A DNA stretch of 64,000 nt, taken from Malacoraja senta (Eukaryota). The translations under genes were made by a program, and so were the position numbers. Under the pieces are notes generated by a model. The model was not told the origin of the DNA. It did not search any database and worked only from the letters and a program-made list of their open reading frames with translations. Location of the stretch: assembly GCA_038087875.1 (NCBI GenBank), contig CM075991.1, positions 124,001-188,000 of the forward strand. Reading direction: 5' to 3'. Below, one piece after another: positions 39,053-52,579 of the stretch. Within the stretch, counting starts at the first letter, position 1; each line of letters opens with the position of its first letter.

Positions 39053-40360
39053 TTTAGCGAGTCGAGATGGCAGTTTTCACAAACGAGCTTTATTCTCAAA
39101 GCGGAGCAAACAACAAGGATCTTTTCTTTTAAAATCTTTTTATTCGTTTTTTTTCCAAAGAACAAAAACAAAACGAAAAAGAAACAAAAAAAAGAAAAAA
39201 GAATAATGATAAACATAACAATGATATTGATACATTGGGATCAGGATTACCTTATTAACAGGTATAACCTAAATATGAGTCCAGTGTGAAAATACACATT
39301 GAATACACATTACCTCTATGTAAATGTAATTAAATGTTTAAAAGAAAAACCCCCCCCTAAACTAAAGAAAAATAAAGCAAAACAGAATCTGCGCGGAGGA
39401 TTTCAACAATTTAAGTCTGTTTGTCATCAAATCCGTTCCACCATATAGAGGTGAAATATTTTTTATAACGGTTGGGGAGGGAGCAATTTATGGTGTATGA
39501 AAGTGTTGAATAAATTTTCCCCAAGTCTTATCAAATTTAACCAAGGGTTCAACAATGTCACTCCTGATTTTGTCTAAATTTAAACATGATATCGTGTCAG
39601 AGTACCAATGGAGTGTGGTCGGAGGGTTGGAGTCTTTCCATTTAAATAAAATAGATCTTCTGGCGATTAATGTGGTAAAAGCAATCAACTGATGGGCGGA
39701 ACGGGACAAATGAATAGAATCTAACATTGGTAGCCCAAAAATTGCAGTAAAAGGGTAAGGTTGTAAATCAATACCTAAAACTACAGAAATAGTATCAACA
39801 ATTTATTTCCAATATCTTTCCAAAAGTGGGCAAGACCAAAACATATGGGTCAGTGAGGCCACTTCAGAATTACATTTGTCACAGGTAGGATTTATATGAC
39901 CATAAAAACGAGCTAACTTATCTTTTGACATATGAGCTCTGTGAACCACCTTGAATTGTATCAGAGCGTGTCTTGCACACATTGAAGAGGTATTGACTAA
40001 TTGAAGAATCCTCTCCCATTTCTCTATAGATAGAGAAATTTGGAGTTCTCTTTCCCTGTCATTCTTCATTTTATCAAATATATATATTTGTAATTTCAAA
40101 ATCAACATAAATAGTCGTTATAAATCCTTTCTGATAAGGGTTGAAATGTAATTTTTTTTCCAAAATTTCGGTTTGATTTGGTAGCGGAACAAGGATCAAA
40201 CGGCAGCTAACACAAAAACGATCTTACCACAACGGTGGTCGAAGTAATCAATGGGGCAATCCTAGACAACGCGCGAAAACGAACCCCTCCCACTGTCACA
40301 TGACCAAGGTAACCGACCGCAGGGTTCGACTACCTATCGGCACCAGCAGGTGCCGCTACA
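39053..40360 (-). mobile_element. Solo LTR (about 230 bp, Gypsy-like 4-bp TSD), split by an L1
   Basis: Ends TTTAGCG (TGTAGCG with one change) and CGCTACA; CTGT duplicated at 39049-39052 and 40361-40364; removing it restores the BEL frame KLIANDAVTSPH; minus-strand AATAAA at 39089-39094. Confidence 0.7.
39122..40187 (-). mobile_element. L1 3' fragment (family C) with 10-bp TSD
   Basis: ORFs 39803-40108 (CDKC..HMFWSC) and 39488-39727; AACAAGGATC at 39112-39121 and 40188-40197; same family as 47106-50684. Confidence 0.9.
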
Positions 40361-40749
40361 CTGTTACCTCGCCTCATATAAATGTCCACATTGGGGCCGG
40401 TGAAGAAACCTGTATTTTCTCTACCTTACCAGGTAAGGAACAGCAAGTCCATATGCTTTTTTTATCATGGACGTTCGGCTAACTTTTGCACAGAAAGCTT
40501 GATGAGAAGGCTGGATACTGCAGGACAGAAGACTAAGTTTCTCTTGCGTACCATAAATGTGGATAAGTCTATATCTAGTCATCGTATCTCAGATTTGAGA
40601 TCTAGTCTGGACAAAAACAATTTTATACCTCGATCTGATGTGTTTACACAGAAGACCATGCCTGTTTTTCATCTAAGCATACCCAAGCAGGACTATCCGA
40701 GACAATGACCTTGCTTGAAGAATATCAAGATTCCTAAAATACAATCTGG

Positions 40750-42672
40750 TTATTTATATGAGGGAATTGAAGCTTTTTGTGGCAAGTGTATCAAGTTTGC
40801 AGATGATACGAAGATAGGTCGAGGGGCAGGTAGTGTAGAGAAAGCAGGGATACTGCAAAGGACTTGAACAGGTTGGGAGAGTGGGGAAAGAAGTGTGCAG
40901 ATGGAATACAGCGTGACAAAGTGTGGAGTCATGCATATTGGTGGTAGGAATAAAGACGTAAACTATTTTCTAAATGGGGAGAGAATTCAGAAATCCGAAA
41001 TGTAAAGGGACTTGGATGTCCTGGTACAGGATTCCTAAAATGTTCACTTGAAACTCTAATCAGTAGTAAGGAAGGCAAAATAAATTCTTGCATTCATTTC
41101 GATAGGACTAGAATATTAAAAAAATATGTAACTCTGAGACTTTATAAGGCACTGGTCAGACCACATTTGGAGTATTGTGAGCGGTTTTGGGCCCCATATC
41201 TGAAAAGGGTTGTGTTCGCGTTGGAATTTGGCGCACCGTATCTGAGGAAGGACGTGCTAGCTATGCAGAGGGTCCAGAGGAGGTTTACAAGAATTAACCC
41301 AGGAATTATTAGGTTTGTCGGCACTGGGCCTGTATTCGCTGGAGTTTAGAAGAATGAGGGGTGACCTAAATGAAACAGAGAATGGTGAAAGGCTTGAATA
41401 AAGTGGATGGGGAGAGGACGTTGCCACTAGTGGGAGAAACTAGGACTAGAGGTCATAACCTCAGAATTAAAGGATATTCTTTTAGGAAGGAAATTTGGAG
41501 AAATGTCCATAGTCAGATGGTGGTAAATCTGTAGAATTCTTTGCCACAGAAGACTGTGGAGGCCAAGTCATTGGATATTATTTAGGCAGAGACAGATAGA
41601 TTCTTGATTAGTACAGGTGTCAGAGGTTATGGGAAGAAGGCGGGAGAATGGGGTTAAGAGGGAGAGATAGATCAGCCATGATTGAATGGCGGAGTAGAGT
41701 TGATGGACCTAATGGCCTAATTCTACTCCTATCACTTATGACCTTATGACGTAGACCATTTTCTAAATGGCGAGATAATTCAGAAATCAGAAGTACAAAG
41801 GAACTTGAAAGTTCTGATACAAGATTCCCAAAATGTTAACTTGCAAGTCGATTCAGTAGTAAGGAAGGCAAAAGCAATTGTTGCATTCATTTCAAGAGGA
41901 ATAGAATCTAAAAAATAGAGATGTAATGCTGAGACTTTACAATGCACTGGTCGGACACTATTTGGACTTTGTGAGCGATTTTGGGCCCCATATCTGAAAA
42001 AGGTTTTTTCGTATTGGAGAGGAGGTTTATTAGAATAATTCCAGGAATGATTGGTTTAACATATGATCAGCGTTTTTCTGGCACTGGGCCTGTACTCGCT
42101 GGAGTTTAGAAGGATGAGGGGGCATCTCATTGAAACATACTGAATAGTGAAAGTCCTGGATGGAGTGGATGTGGGGAGAATGTTTCCACTAGTGGGAGAG
42201 TCTGGGACCAGAGACCATAGCCTTGGAATAAAAGAACGCACTTTGAAATAAGAAATGAGGAGGAATTTCTTTAGTCGGTGATGAATCTTTAGAATTAATT
42301 GCCACAGCTGACTGTGGAGGCCAAGTCAATGGATATATTTAAGATGATTGATAGGTTCTTGATTAGTACGGGAATCAGGGGCGATGGGGAAAAGGTAGGA
42401 GAATGGTGTTGAGGGAAAGATAGCTCAGTCATGATTGAAAGGAGAGTAGACTTAATGGACCAGTCTCTGGTGCGGGACCCTATCAAAGGCTTCCTGAAAG
42501 TATAGACACACTACATCCACTAGCTCCCCTTCACCAATTTTACTTGTCACATCCTCAGAAAATTCCAGAAGATTAGTCAAGCATGATTTCTCTTTCATAG
42601 ATCCATGTTGACTTGGACTAATCATTTTACTGCTACCCAAATGCCTCATTATTACCTCTTTAATAATTAACC
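40750..42672. mobile_element. Older CR1 fragments: two tandem plus-strand 3' portions and a minus-strand RT piece
   Basis: KFADDTKIG, RPHLEYC and a (TTATGACC)-type tail at about 41735-41750; a second similar 3' segment at 41750-42450; minus ORF 42452-42649. Confidence 0.75.
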
Positions 42673-43503
42673 TGGTGATCAGAATAAAACTTTGAACTCA
42701 CACTATAACAGTTATGAAAGCATCACATTTTCTCGAGGTCCCATTTGAAGCAAACAACCTATTCCATTGCAACTTTGCTGGATTCAATGCAATATTATCA
42801 ACCTTGTTCTGGCCTCAATTCATAATTCGAACTTGAGGAGCAGCTCCTTCCTTATTCATAACAATTTCAAAACTAATGGAGCCGTAGAAACCCGTTGTAT
42901 TTCTTCCCAAAAGAAAATATGAAAGCAGCTGAAAAAGTGATCGTCGTCGCTGTGAATGTAAAAGTACGAATGGGGGAGTATTCAAAACTAGTAGTTCCTA
43001 CCCAATCCCATCAGGATCACTGCTTGTCCAAACCTTTCACTGACCACCCTGATAACATGACTGATTATCCAGACCCATCACTCACCACACTGACAATGTT
43101 ACTGCCTATCCAGATACATTCCTGCCCACAATGATAATGTTATCTATTTTACTAAAACTAAGATCTTGACCGCATTTTGACTTCCTGTTTCGTAATTTCC
43201 GAGAGAACGCCGCAACTTACGGCCATTATTTCTGGCCACCTCGCTCAGAGGCCCCCTCCGCCGGATTGGACCGGAGGATTTTTCCCATCGATGAAAAATC
43301 AGAGAATTATGAATGTTTTAAAAGATGTCGCCATTTTCTCTGCTGCCCCCGCTGGCGGCAGGGAGAGGGACTCTAAAACCCGGAAGTGTCGTTCCTCACT
43401 CAGTCTCTGCGAGACGGAGGAAGCGAGAGGGTCACGGCTCTCTGAGCTGCGAATAACACTGAACGCACGTTTACTCGACGGTGAGTCCCCTCGATATGGT
43501 TGT

Positions 43504-43884
43504 AAAGTGTTTGCCAAATTGTCTTGGCTTTTAAAGACATTTCAGAAAATGTGTTTGTTGCTTGCAAAGTGTTTGCCAAATTGGCTTGGCTTTTAAAGAC
43601 CATTCAGAAAATGTGTTTGTTGCTTGGAAAGTGTTTGCCAAATTGGCTTGGCTTTTAAAGACTTTTCAGAAAATGAGTTTGTTGCTTGCAAATTGTTTGC
43701 CAAATTGGCTTGGCTTTTAAAGACTTTTCAGAAAATGTGTTTGTTGCTGGCAAAGTGTTTGCCAAATTGGCTTGGCTTTTAAAGACTTTTCAGAAAATGT
43801 GTTTGTTGCTTGCAAAGTGTTTGCCAAATTGGCTTGGCTTTTAAAGACTTTTCAGAAAATGTGTTTGTTGCTTGCAAAGTATTT
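43504..43884 (+). repeat. 62-bp tandem repeat (about 6 copies; a further copy at 45748-45803)
   Basis: AAAGTGTTTGCCAAATTGGCTTGG..., with small variants, recurs every 62 bp from 43504 to 43876. Confidence 0.95.
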
Positions 43885-45747
43885 GAGGAGTATAAAAATG
43901 TTAAAAGAATCTTAAGAAAGAAATTAGAAAAGCTAAAAGCAGATATGTGGTTGCTTTGCCAAGTAAGGTGAAAGTAAATCCATATGGTTTCTACAGCTGT
44001 ATTAGTAGCAAAATGATAACGAAGGATAAAAATTGGTCCATTAGAGAGTCAGAGACAGCTATCAGCAGAGCCAAAAGAGATGGGGGAGATATTGCACAAT
44101 TTATTTTCTTCGGTATTCACCAAGGAGAACGATATTGAATTATGTGAGGTAAGGGAAACAAGTAGGGTAGCTATGGAAACAATGAGGATCAACGAAGAGG
44201 AAGTACTGACACTTTTGAAAAATATAAAAGTGGATAAGTCTCCCGGTTCTGAAAGGATATTCCCTAGGACATTGAGGGAAGTTAGTGTATAAATAGCAGG
44301 GGCTATGAAAAAATATTTCAAATGTCATTAGAAACGGGTATGGTGCCAGAGGATTGGCGTACTGCGCATGTTGTTCCATTTTTTAAAATGAGTTCTAAGA
44401 GTAAACCTAGCAATTATAGACCTGTTAGTTTGACGTCAGTGGTGGGCAAATTAATGGAAAGGATACTTAGAGATAATATACAGTATATAATCATCTGGAT
44501 AAACAGGGTCTGATTAGGAAAAGTCAACATGGATTTGTGCCTTGAAGGTCATGTTTGACTAATCTTCTTGATTTTTTTGAAGAGGTTACTAGGGAAATTG
44601 ATGAGGGTAAAGTGGTGGATGTTGTCTATATGGACTTCAGTAAGGCCTTTGACAAGGTTCCACATGGAAGGTTGGTTAAGAAGGTTCAATTGTTGGGTAT
44701 TAATAGTGGAGTAGGAAGATGGATTCAACCGTGGCTGAATGGGAGATACCAGAGAGTAATGGTGGATAATTGTTTTTCAGTGGGGTGCCTCAGGGATCTG
44801 TGTTGGGTCCACAGTTGTTTGTCATATACATAAATGATCTGGATGATGGTGTGGAAAATTGGATTCGTAAGTATGCAGATGATACTAAGATAGGTGGTGT
44901 TGTGGATAATGAAGTAGCTTTTCAAAGTCTACAGAGAGATTTAGGCCATTTGGAAGATTTGGCAGGACAAATCAAAATAGGACGTACATGGTAAATGGTG
45001 GCGAATTGAGCAATGCAGTTGAACAGAGGGATCTAGGAATAACTGTGCATAGTTCCCTGAATGTGGAATCTCATGTAGATAGGGTGGTTAAGAAAGCTTT
45101 TGGTGTGCTGGCCTTTATAAATCAGAGCATTGAGTATAGAAGTTTGGATGTAATGTTAAAATTGTACAAGGCATTGGTGAGCCCAATTCTGGAATATGGT
45201 GTATAATTCTGGTCGCCAAATTACAGGAAAGATGTCAACAAAGTAGAGAGAGTACAGAGGAGATTTACTTGAATGTTGCGTGAGTTTCAGCACCTAAGTT
45301 ACAGAGAAAGGTTGAACAAGTTAGGTCTTTATTCTTTGGAGCGCAGAAGGTTAAGGGGGGACTTGATAGAGGTCTTTAAATGTATGAGAGGGATAGACAG
45401 AGTTGACGTGGATAAGCGTTTTCCATCGAGAGTAGGGAAGATTCAAACAAGAGGACATGATTTGAGCAATAAGGGACAAAAGTTTAGGGGCAACATGAGG
45501 GGGAACTTCTTTACTCAGAGAGTGGTAGCTGTGTGGAATGAGCTTCCAGTGGAAGTGGTGAAGGCAGGTTCGTTTTTATCATTTAAAAATGAATTGGATA
45601 GGTATATGGACGGGAAAGGAATTTAAGGATTTGGTCTGAGTGCAGGTAGATGGGACTAGGTGAGAGTAAATGTTCGGCATGGACTAGAAGGGCCGAGATG
45701 GCCTGTTTCCATGCTGTAATTGTTATATTGTAATATGGTTATATGGT
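43885..45747 (+). mobile_element. 5'-truncated CR1 inserted in the 62-bp array
   Basis: Colinear with 34930-36856, many lesions, (GTTATATG) tail. Confidence 0.9.
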
Positions 45748-46225
45748 TGTTTCCCAAATTGGCTTGGCTTTTAAAGACTTTTCAGAAAATGTGTTTGTTG
45801 CTTATAACCATATAACCATATAACAATTACAGCACGGAAACAGGCCATCTCGGCCTTTCCAGTCCATGATTGGATTTTAAAATGTTTGCAACAGTTTTCG
45901 GATGGATTAAGCGTGAATAAACATTTTATTAGAGCAGGACTGTGTTTAATTGCAAAATTGGCGCTCATTCCGTGATTTCCGCTTAGTGATAAGATGGCGC
46001 CGATGACATCATTTCCGGTTCGTGGCAAGATGGCGCTGACTGCAGAAGGCAGTGTGCAGACGCTGTTGAATAATTCAAGAGAGCTGCTGCTCTGTCTATG
46101 GTGAGTGTGTTTGTTGGACGTTATTTAAAGCGCGTTTTTGCTTCAGCAGCCTCTACGTTTGAATCATTCGGTTTACACACCGTATGTTTACCACGTTCTG
46201 AAGTTACTTGGCATTTTAGTATTAG

Positions 46226-46637
46226 GTGTGTGTGTGTGTGTGTGTGAGTGTGTGTGTGAGTGTGTGTGTGTGTGTGAGTGTGTGTGTGAGTGAGTGAGTG
46301 GGTGTGTGAGTTAGTGTGTGTCAGTGTGTGTGAGCAAGTGAGTTTGAGTGTGTGTCTCTGTGTGTGAGTCAGTGTGTGTGTGTGTGTGTGTGTGTGAGTA
46401 AGTGTGTGTGTGAGTCTGTGTGTGAGTGAGTCTGTGTGTGAGTGAGTCTGTGTGAGTGATCTGTGTGTGTGTGATCTGTGTGTGTGTGTGTGTGTGGCTG
46501 TGTGTGAGTGTATGTGTGAGTCTGTGTGTGTCTGTCTGTGTGTGTGTGTCTATGTGTGTGCCTGTGTGTGAGTAGGTCTGTGTGTGTGTGTGTGTGTGTG
46601 AGAGAGTGTGTGTCTGAGAGTCTGTGTGAGTGTATAT
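46226..46637. repeat. Degenerate (GT)n microsatellite
   Basis: Direct inspection. Confidence 0.95.
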
Positions 46638-49600
46638 GGGGGTTGCACGTAAGGTCACCGAGTCAAAGGGCTTGACGCATGGAGCTGCTCAATCCATCTG
46701 GAAGACATTGAAGCTTACGGTATATGTTGTCAGTGTATACGCGTACTTTCATACCTGTTAAAAACGACCTAAACTGTGATTTTTTTGCGCTGTAAATAAT
46801 TGTGGAGGTCGGGGTAACCGTGAGAGACATCTATCCTACTTCAGAATTGTAAAAGTGAAGAGAAATGAAGGTAAAGAGAAGCGAGAGCTGAAGGGACAAC
46901 AGCTAAAGTGCTTGGCGAACATTGGCAGTGCAGATATCGAGATTGAAAATATTGGGAATGATCGCCTTTGCTCACTGCATTTCATCAACAGTAAGGCATT
47001 ATTTGTGTTTTTCCTTGATTCCTTTGGTATCTAAAACGTTTCAGAAGTGAGATATCTGCCTGTAAAATTTTAAAAGCGACCATGGTTTTGAAGTGGGTTT
47101 ATACAACTCTCCTAGTGGTAAGGTTGCAAATTGCTATTTCTGATAATGCACCATTGAAACTATTGATCAAACTACCTGATTCCAAGTTTAGTGCTAAATA
47201 AGGGCGATTTAATGCTACTTTGCTTCAAGACTTAAACTTTATTAAGTTTATGAAAGATCAGATTGCTTTTTACTTCTTGAGAAACTCTAATGAAGAGATA
47301 TCCAATGGTATAGTTTGGGATGCTTTTAAGGCATATATTCGTGGACAAATCATTTCGTACTCTGCGGGATTAAAAAAACAAACACAAAAAGAAATACGCA
47401 CATTGGCTGACGAGATTAAAGAAATTGATAAAAAATATTCAAAAGCTCCTAGTTTAGAGCTCTATAAGAATAGAGTTGAACTTCAATTGAGATATGATTT
47501 GTTATTAGTATCACCGATTGAGAACCAGTTACTTAAAACCAAAAGTCAATTTTATATACATGGCGAAAAATCTGGTAAATCTGGTAACTTGCAAAGCAGT
47601 GTCGGCCAAGCGTCAGATTACTAAAGTGAGTAAACGGGATGGTACAGTAACTGTAGACCATGACGAAATTAATAAATCCTTTCAGGAATTTTATACCTCC
47701 CTATACCAATCAGATTTTCGTACTGATTCCATGAGTTTTTAAAGAAACTGAACTTACCAAATTTATATAATTTATAAGTTATATAACGGGTCTCTGTTGT
47801 TAGATGAACCCATCACGGAAGAAGAAATACAGAAAGCAATTTTTTCAATGAATTCTGGTAAAGCTCCCGATTTAGATGGGTTTACAGTAGAATTTTTAAA
47901 GTATTTCTCAAATTTATTGTCTCCATGGCTATGCAAGGTATTTAAAGAAGCCTTTTTAAGGAATAGATTACCACAATCTTTTTATGAAGCTTCTATTTCT
48001 TTAATTCTTAAAAAAGATAAAGACCCTACTGAAGTGACATCATATAGACCTATATCAATGTTAAATGTAGATTTTAAAATTATTTCCAAAATATTAGCTA
48101 TGAGATTGGGAAAGATTTTACCGCAAATTATCTCTGAAGATCAGACAGGTTTTATTAAAAATCGTTACTCATACTTTAACGTTAGGAGATTAATGTATAT
48201 TGTATATACAGCGTCTAATAAAAACTCAGAATGTGTCATCTCACTTGATGCCGAGAAGGCGTTTGATAGAGTAGAATGGGAATACTTATTCAATATACTT
48301 GAAAAATTTAAGATTGGTCCAAAATTTCTCTCTTGGATCAAACTGATATATCTTATACCTCATTATCTGTATTTACTAATAATCAGAGATCCCCTTTTTT
48401 CAGGCTCTTTCGAGGTACTAGACAGGGCTGTCCCTTAAGTCCTTTACTATTTGATATTGCTTTGGAACCTTTAGCCACTGCTATTTGGGAATCCCCTAAT
48501 ATTTTTGGTATTGTCCACTGGAATAAGACACATAAGCTATCTCTTTATGCAGATGATCTGTTATTATTTATTTCTAACCCTGAGAAATCTATTCCGGCAA
48601 TAGTAGCATTACTTAATCAATTTAGTAGTTTTTCTGGTTATAAACTAAATCTTAGTAAGAGTGAGCTTTTCCCATTAAGTAATTTTGTTTCGAGTTATGG
48701 GCAGTTTCCATTTAGATTGACTACCGAAAGGTTTACTTATTTAGGTATTAAGATCACCAAGAAACACAGGGATTTATTTAAAGCTAATTTTTGCCTTTAA
48801 TTGACCATATTAAATATCAGTTCACTAAATGGTCACCAATGTCCTTATCCTTAATTGGCCGAATGAATGCTATCAAAATGTTCATTTTACCTAAATTTAT
48901 GTATTTATTTCAGACGATACCAATTTTATTGCCAAATCTTTCTTTGATATTATAGACTCTAAAATGTCTTCGTATATCTAGCAGAATAAAAATCCCAGAC
49001 TAGGTAAAAAAAATACCTACAGAAATCAAAAAAAGTTGGTGGTTTGGCATTGCCGAACCTTAGACTCTACTATTGGGCAGTCAATGTTCGTTATTTAACA
49101 TTTTGGACAAAAGATTTAGGAGATACCCAATGCCCTGGATGGATAAACCTAGAACATGATTCCTTACAAGGGCTATCATTGGCTTCTATTCTAGGGGCCT
49201 CGTTACCTTTTACAATTACGAGATTGAATAAATATACGACGAACCCAATAATAAGACATACGTTACGAATATGGTTTCAATTTCGTAAGTTTTTTGGACT
49301 AAATGATTTTATCTTATCGAGTCCTATTTTATCCAATTTTCTCTTCCAACCATCTAGTACTGATCAAGTTTTTTTGTTATGGAAGAGGAAGGGATTAGTA
49401 GCTTTTCGTGATTTGTTTTTGGAGGGTTGTTTTATGTCTTTCGAACAACTCTGCAATAAATATACCTTACCTAATTCATAATTTTTTTAGATATTTACAA
49501 ATTAGACATTTTTTTTAAGGCTACTCTACCCCTTTTTCCGCTACCACACCCACCCAAAATGTTGGATTTTTTTTTACAGTTGAACCCTTATCAGAAAGGA

Positions 49601-51607
49601 TTAATAACGACTTTTTATGAGTTGATTTTGAAATTACAAATAGATACATTTGATAAAATTAAGAATGACTGGGAAAGAGAACTCCAAATTTCTTTATCTA
49701 TAGAGAAATGGGAGAGGATTCTTCAATTAGTTAATACATCTTCAATGTGTGCAAGACACGCTTTGATACAATTCGAGGTGGTTCACAGAGCTCATATGTC
49801 AAAAGATAAGTTAGCTTGTTTTTATGGTCATATAAATCCTACCTGTGATAGATGTAACTCTGAAGTGGAATCACTGACCCATATGTTTTGGTCCTGCCCT
49901 CTTTTGGAAAAATATTGGAAAGAAATGTTTGATACTATTTCGGTAGTCATAGGATTAGATTTACAACCTCATCCTATTACTGCAATTTTTGGGTTACCAA
50001 TGTTAGATTCTATTCATTTGCCCTGCTCCGCCCATCGGTTGATTGCTTTTACCACATTAATTGCCAGAAGATTTATTTTATTTAAATGGAAAGATTCCAA
50101 CCCTCCGACCACACTCCAGTGGTATTCTGAAACAAAATCATGTTTAAATTTAGAAAAAATCTGAAGTGACATTGTTGAACCCTTGGTTAAATTTGATAAG
50201 TCTAGGGGAAAATTTATTGAACACTTTCATACAACATAAATTGTTCCCTCTTTAACCGTTATAAAAAATATTTTACCTTCATAGGGTGGAACGGACTTGA
50301 CGACAAAGAAATTGGTGAATTTCTCAGTTAAAATTCGGTTTTGCTCTGTTTTGTTTTATTTATTTGTTTTATTTTTATTCTTATTTTATTATTATCAATT
50401 TTTAATTTTTTTTCGTTTAGGGGTTTTTATTTTTTATTTTTATTTTTGTCTTTTTATCTTTGCTTTTTTTAACATTTATAAGTTTCCTTATAAGGTCTAA
50501 ATTCATTGTGTATTTTGACACTGGTCTCATATTAGGTTATACCTGTTATTAATGTAATCCTGATCCCTATGTATCAATACCATTGTTATGTTTATCATTA
50601 TTCTTTTTGCTCTGTTTATTATGTTTTATTTTTGTTTTTGTTTTTTGGAAAAAAAACAATAAAAAGATTTTAAAAGAAAAGAAAGAAAATATTGCGAATG
50701 ATCGCCTTTGCTCACTGCATTTCATCAACAGTAAGGCATTATTTGTGTTTTTCCTTGATTCCTTTGGTATCTAAAACGTTTCAGAAGTGATACATCTGGC
50801 TGTAAAATTTTTAAAGCGCCCATGGTTTTGAAGTGGGTTTTTACATGCAAAAGGAAAACGCTTCTGAAGCTAAATTTATCATTAAAAAAATCTCCAGACT
50901 TATGGGTGCTGTGTGGAAAAGTAAGTTTTCTATCATTATGCTATTGAGATGTATGTTTTGGCAAATAATAAAATGTCCTGACAGCTTAAACACCCACTCC
51001 CTTTCAATAGGATATTGTCAATTTGCTGAGGTTGATTATGTCCAATTAACAGCTGACAATTATGCCATTTCTTGGCTTGCATCTGAGAAAAATGTAATTC
51101 AAAACCCACGTATAGTTTGCGATTTTTTAATGATAAACTTTGCTTCAGAGGTGTTCTTTTTTATGCAAAACCCCATTTAAAAATTTTACTGCCAGATTTA
51201 TCACTTCTGAAACTTTTTCGATGCCAAAGGAATAAAGAAAAAACACAAATAATGCCTTACTGTTGATGAAATGCAGTGATAATTCCCAATATTTTCAATC
51301 TCGATATCTGCACGGCCAATGTTCGCCAAGCACTTTGCCTGTTATTGTCCCTTCACCTCTCGCTTCTATCTGCCGTCATTTCTGCTCACTTTTGGAATTC
51401 TGAAGTAGGATAAATGTCTCTCACGCTTATCACGATATCCATAATTATGTACAGCGCAAAAATTGACCATTTCGGCGGGTTTTAACGCGCCCGCTATGCT
51501 GGAAACATGGTCAATGCTTACCTGCAGTTCATCGCGTGTACTCCAGTTGGCATAGCGTAGCAACAGTATGGGTCACGGGTCGTGACCTGACTGCCGTGCA
51601 ACCTCCC
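46638..51607. mobile_element. Fold-back DNA transposon with convergent THAP exons (ISL2EU/PHIS-like, non-autonomous)
   Basis: TIRs GGGGGTTGCACG and CGTGCAACCTCCC; long inverted arms; THAP-type C2CH frames at 46776-46990 (+) and 51261-51470 (-). Confidence 0.65.
47106..50684 (+). mobile_element. 5'-truncated L1 (family C): ORF2 and 3' UTR
   Basis: Fragments from the end of EN (ISDNAPL) through DAEKAFD, QGCPLSP, YADD, CDRC..HMFWSC; T-rich UTR, AATAAA, A-rich tail. Confidence 0.9.
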
Positions 51608-51780
51608 TGTGTGTGTGTGTGTGTGTGCGCGTGCGCGCGTGCGTGCGTGCGTGCGTGCGTGCGTGTGTGCGAGATAGTCTGTGTCTGTGTGTGTATGTCT
51701 GAGAGTCTGTGTGTGACGGAGAGAGTCTGTAGGTGTCTGACAGTGTGTGTGTGTGTGTGTGCCTGAGTCTGTGTGTGTGA

Positions 51781-51843
<63 letters not shown>

Positions 51844-51975
51844 TGTGTGTGTGTGTCTCTGCGTGTGTCTGTGTGTGTGAGTGTGTGTGTGCGTGAGTCT
51901 GTATGTATGTGTGTGTGTGTCTGTGTGTGAGTGTCAGTGTGTGAGCGTGTCTGTGTGTGGTGGAGGGTGTGTATG
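51608..51975. repeat. Degenerate (GT)n/(GCGT)n microsatellite
   Basis: Direct inspection; probably the other half of the 46226-46637 tract. Confidence 0.95.
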
Positions 51976-52579
51976 TGATCAACAAATAACAAATAGTACA
52001 AATAATAAAGCTGTTTCTCAATGTGGATGTTACAGTTTTCAGTTTACAAAAGTCAGACGTGACTCCAGAAGTTGGGCATAAGTCAGTCAGTCCACAAGCC
52101 GTGATTCAGTCTGTCAATCCAGAGGCCATGAGTCAGTCAGTCCAGAGACCATGAGTTAGTCCCAAGGCAGTGAGCGAGTCCAGAGGCCATGAGGTCGCTC
52201 ACCACTGACATCCCCTACCTCAAGACGCTGCCTTCCGCCTGGCTATAGGATGCTCCCCGTTCTGAAGCCGCCCCATACCCCGCTGCAGGACACCCCCTCC
52301 CTCATCAGCCCACGAGAGCCCCCGCCTGAAGCCGTCACCCTCCCTCGGCTGCAAGATGTTTTCCACCCCCACCCCACCCCGACAGCCCCCACCTCAAAAA
52401 ATGTTTTGCATAAATTCTTCAGTGAGTCCAGAGGATTGAGAATTACAACAAAACAATGGAATTCTTTAATTTGCCACAACCAAGAAATGGAAGGATGCAC
52501 CTTGATGATGCCAATCCAGAATTGCTGCAGCTATTGCAATACGATAGAACTGAACACAGCAATTTGTTGAGGAGAATGG

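Larger units (their letters stand above)
37653..40745 (+). mobile_element. Degenerate BEL/Pao LTR retrotransposon gag-protease remnant
   Basis: LPPREIPIF.GD, WSVIKAEDGKAL.EF..FL, KLPY.LR.KWR, CLFC..H..C and CFGCL..GH knuckles; protease-region SANFCTESLM..L and VFTQKTMPV. Confidence 0.75.

Noticed and set aside
42690..42870. Possible Penelope GIY-YIG remnant (aacttgaggagcagc)
   Set aside because: Too degenerate to support by eye.
46311..46658. Thr/His-rich ORFs (also 51518-52021 and 51573-52001)
   Set aside because: They are translations of GT/CA microsatellites.
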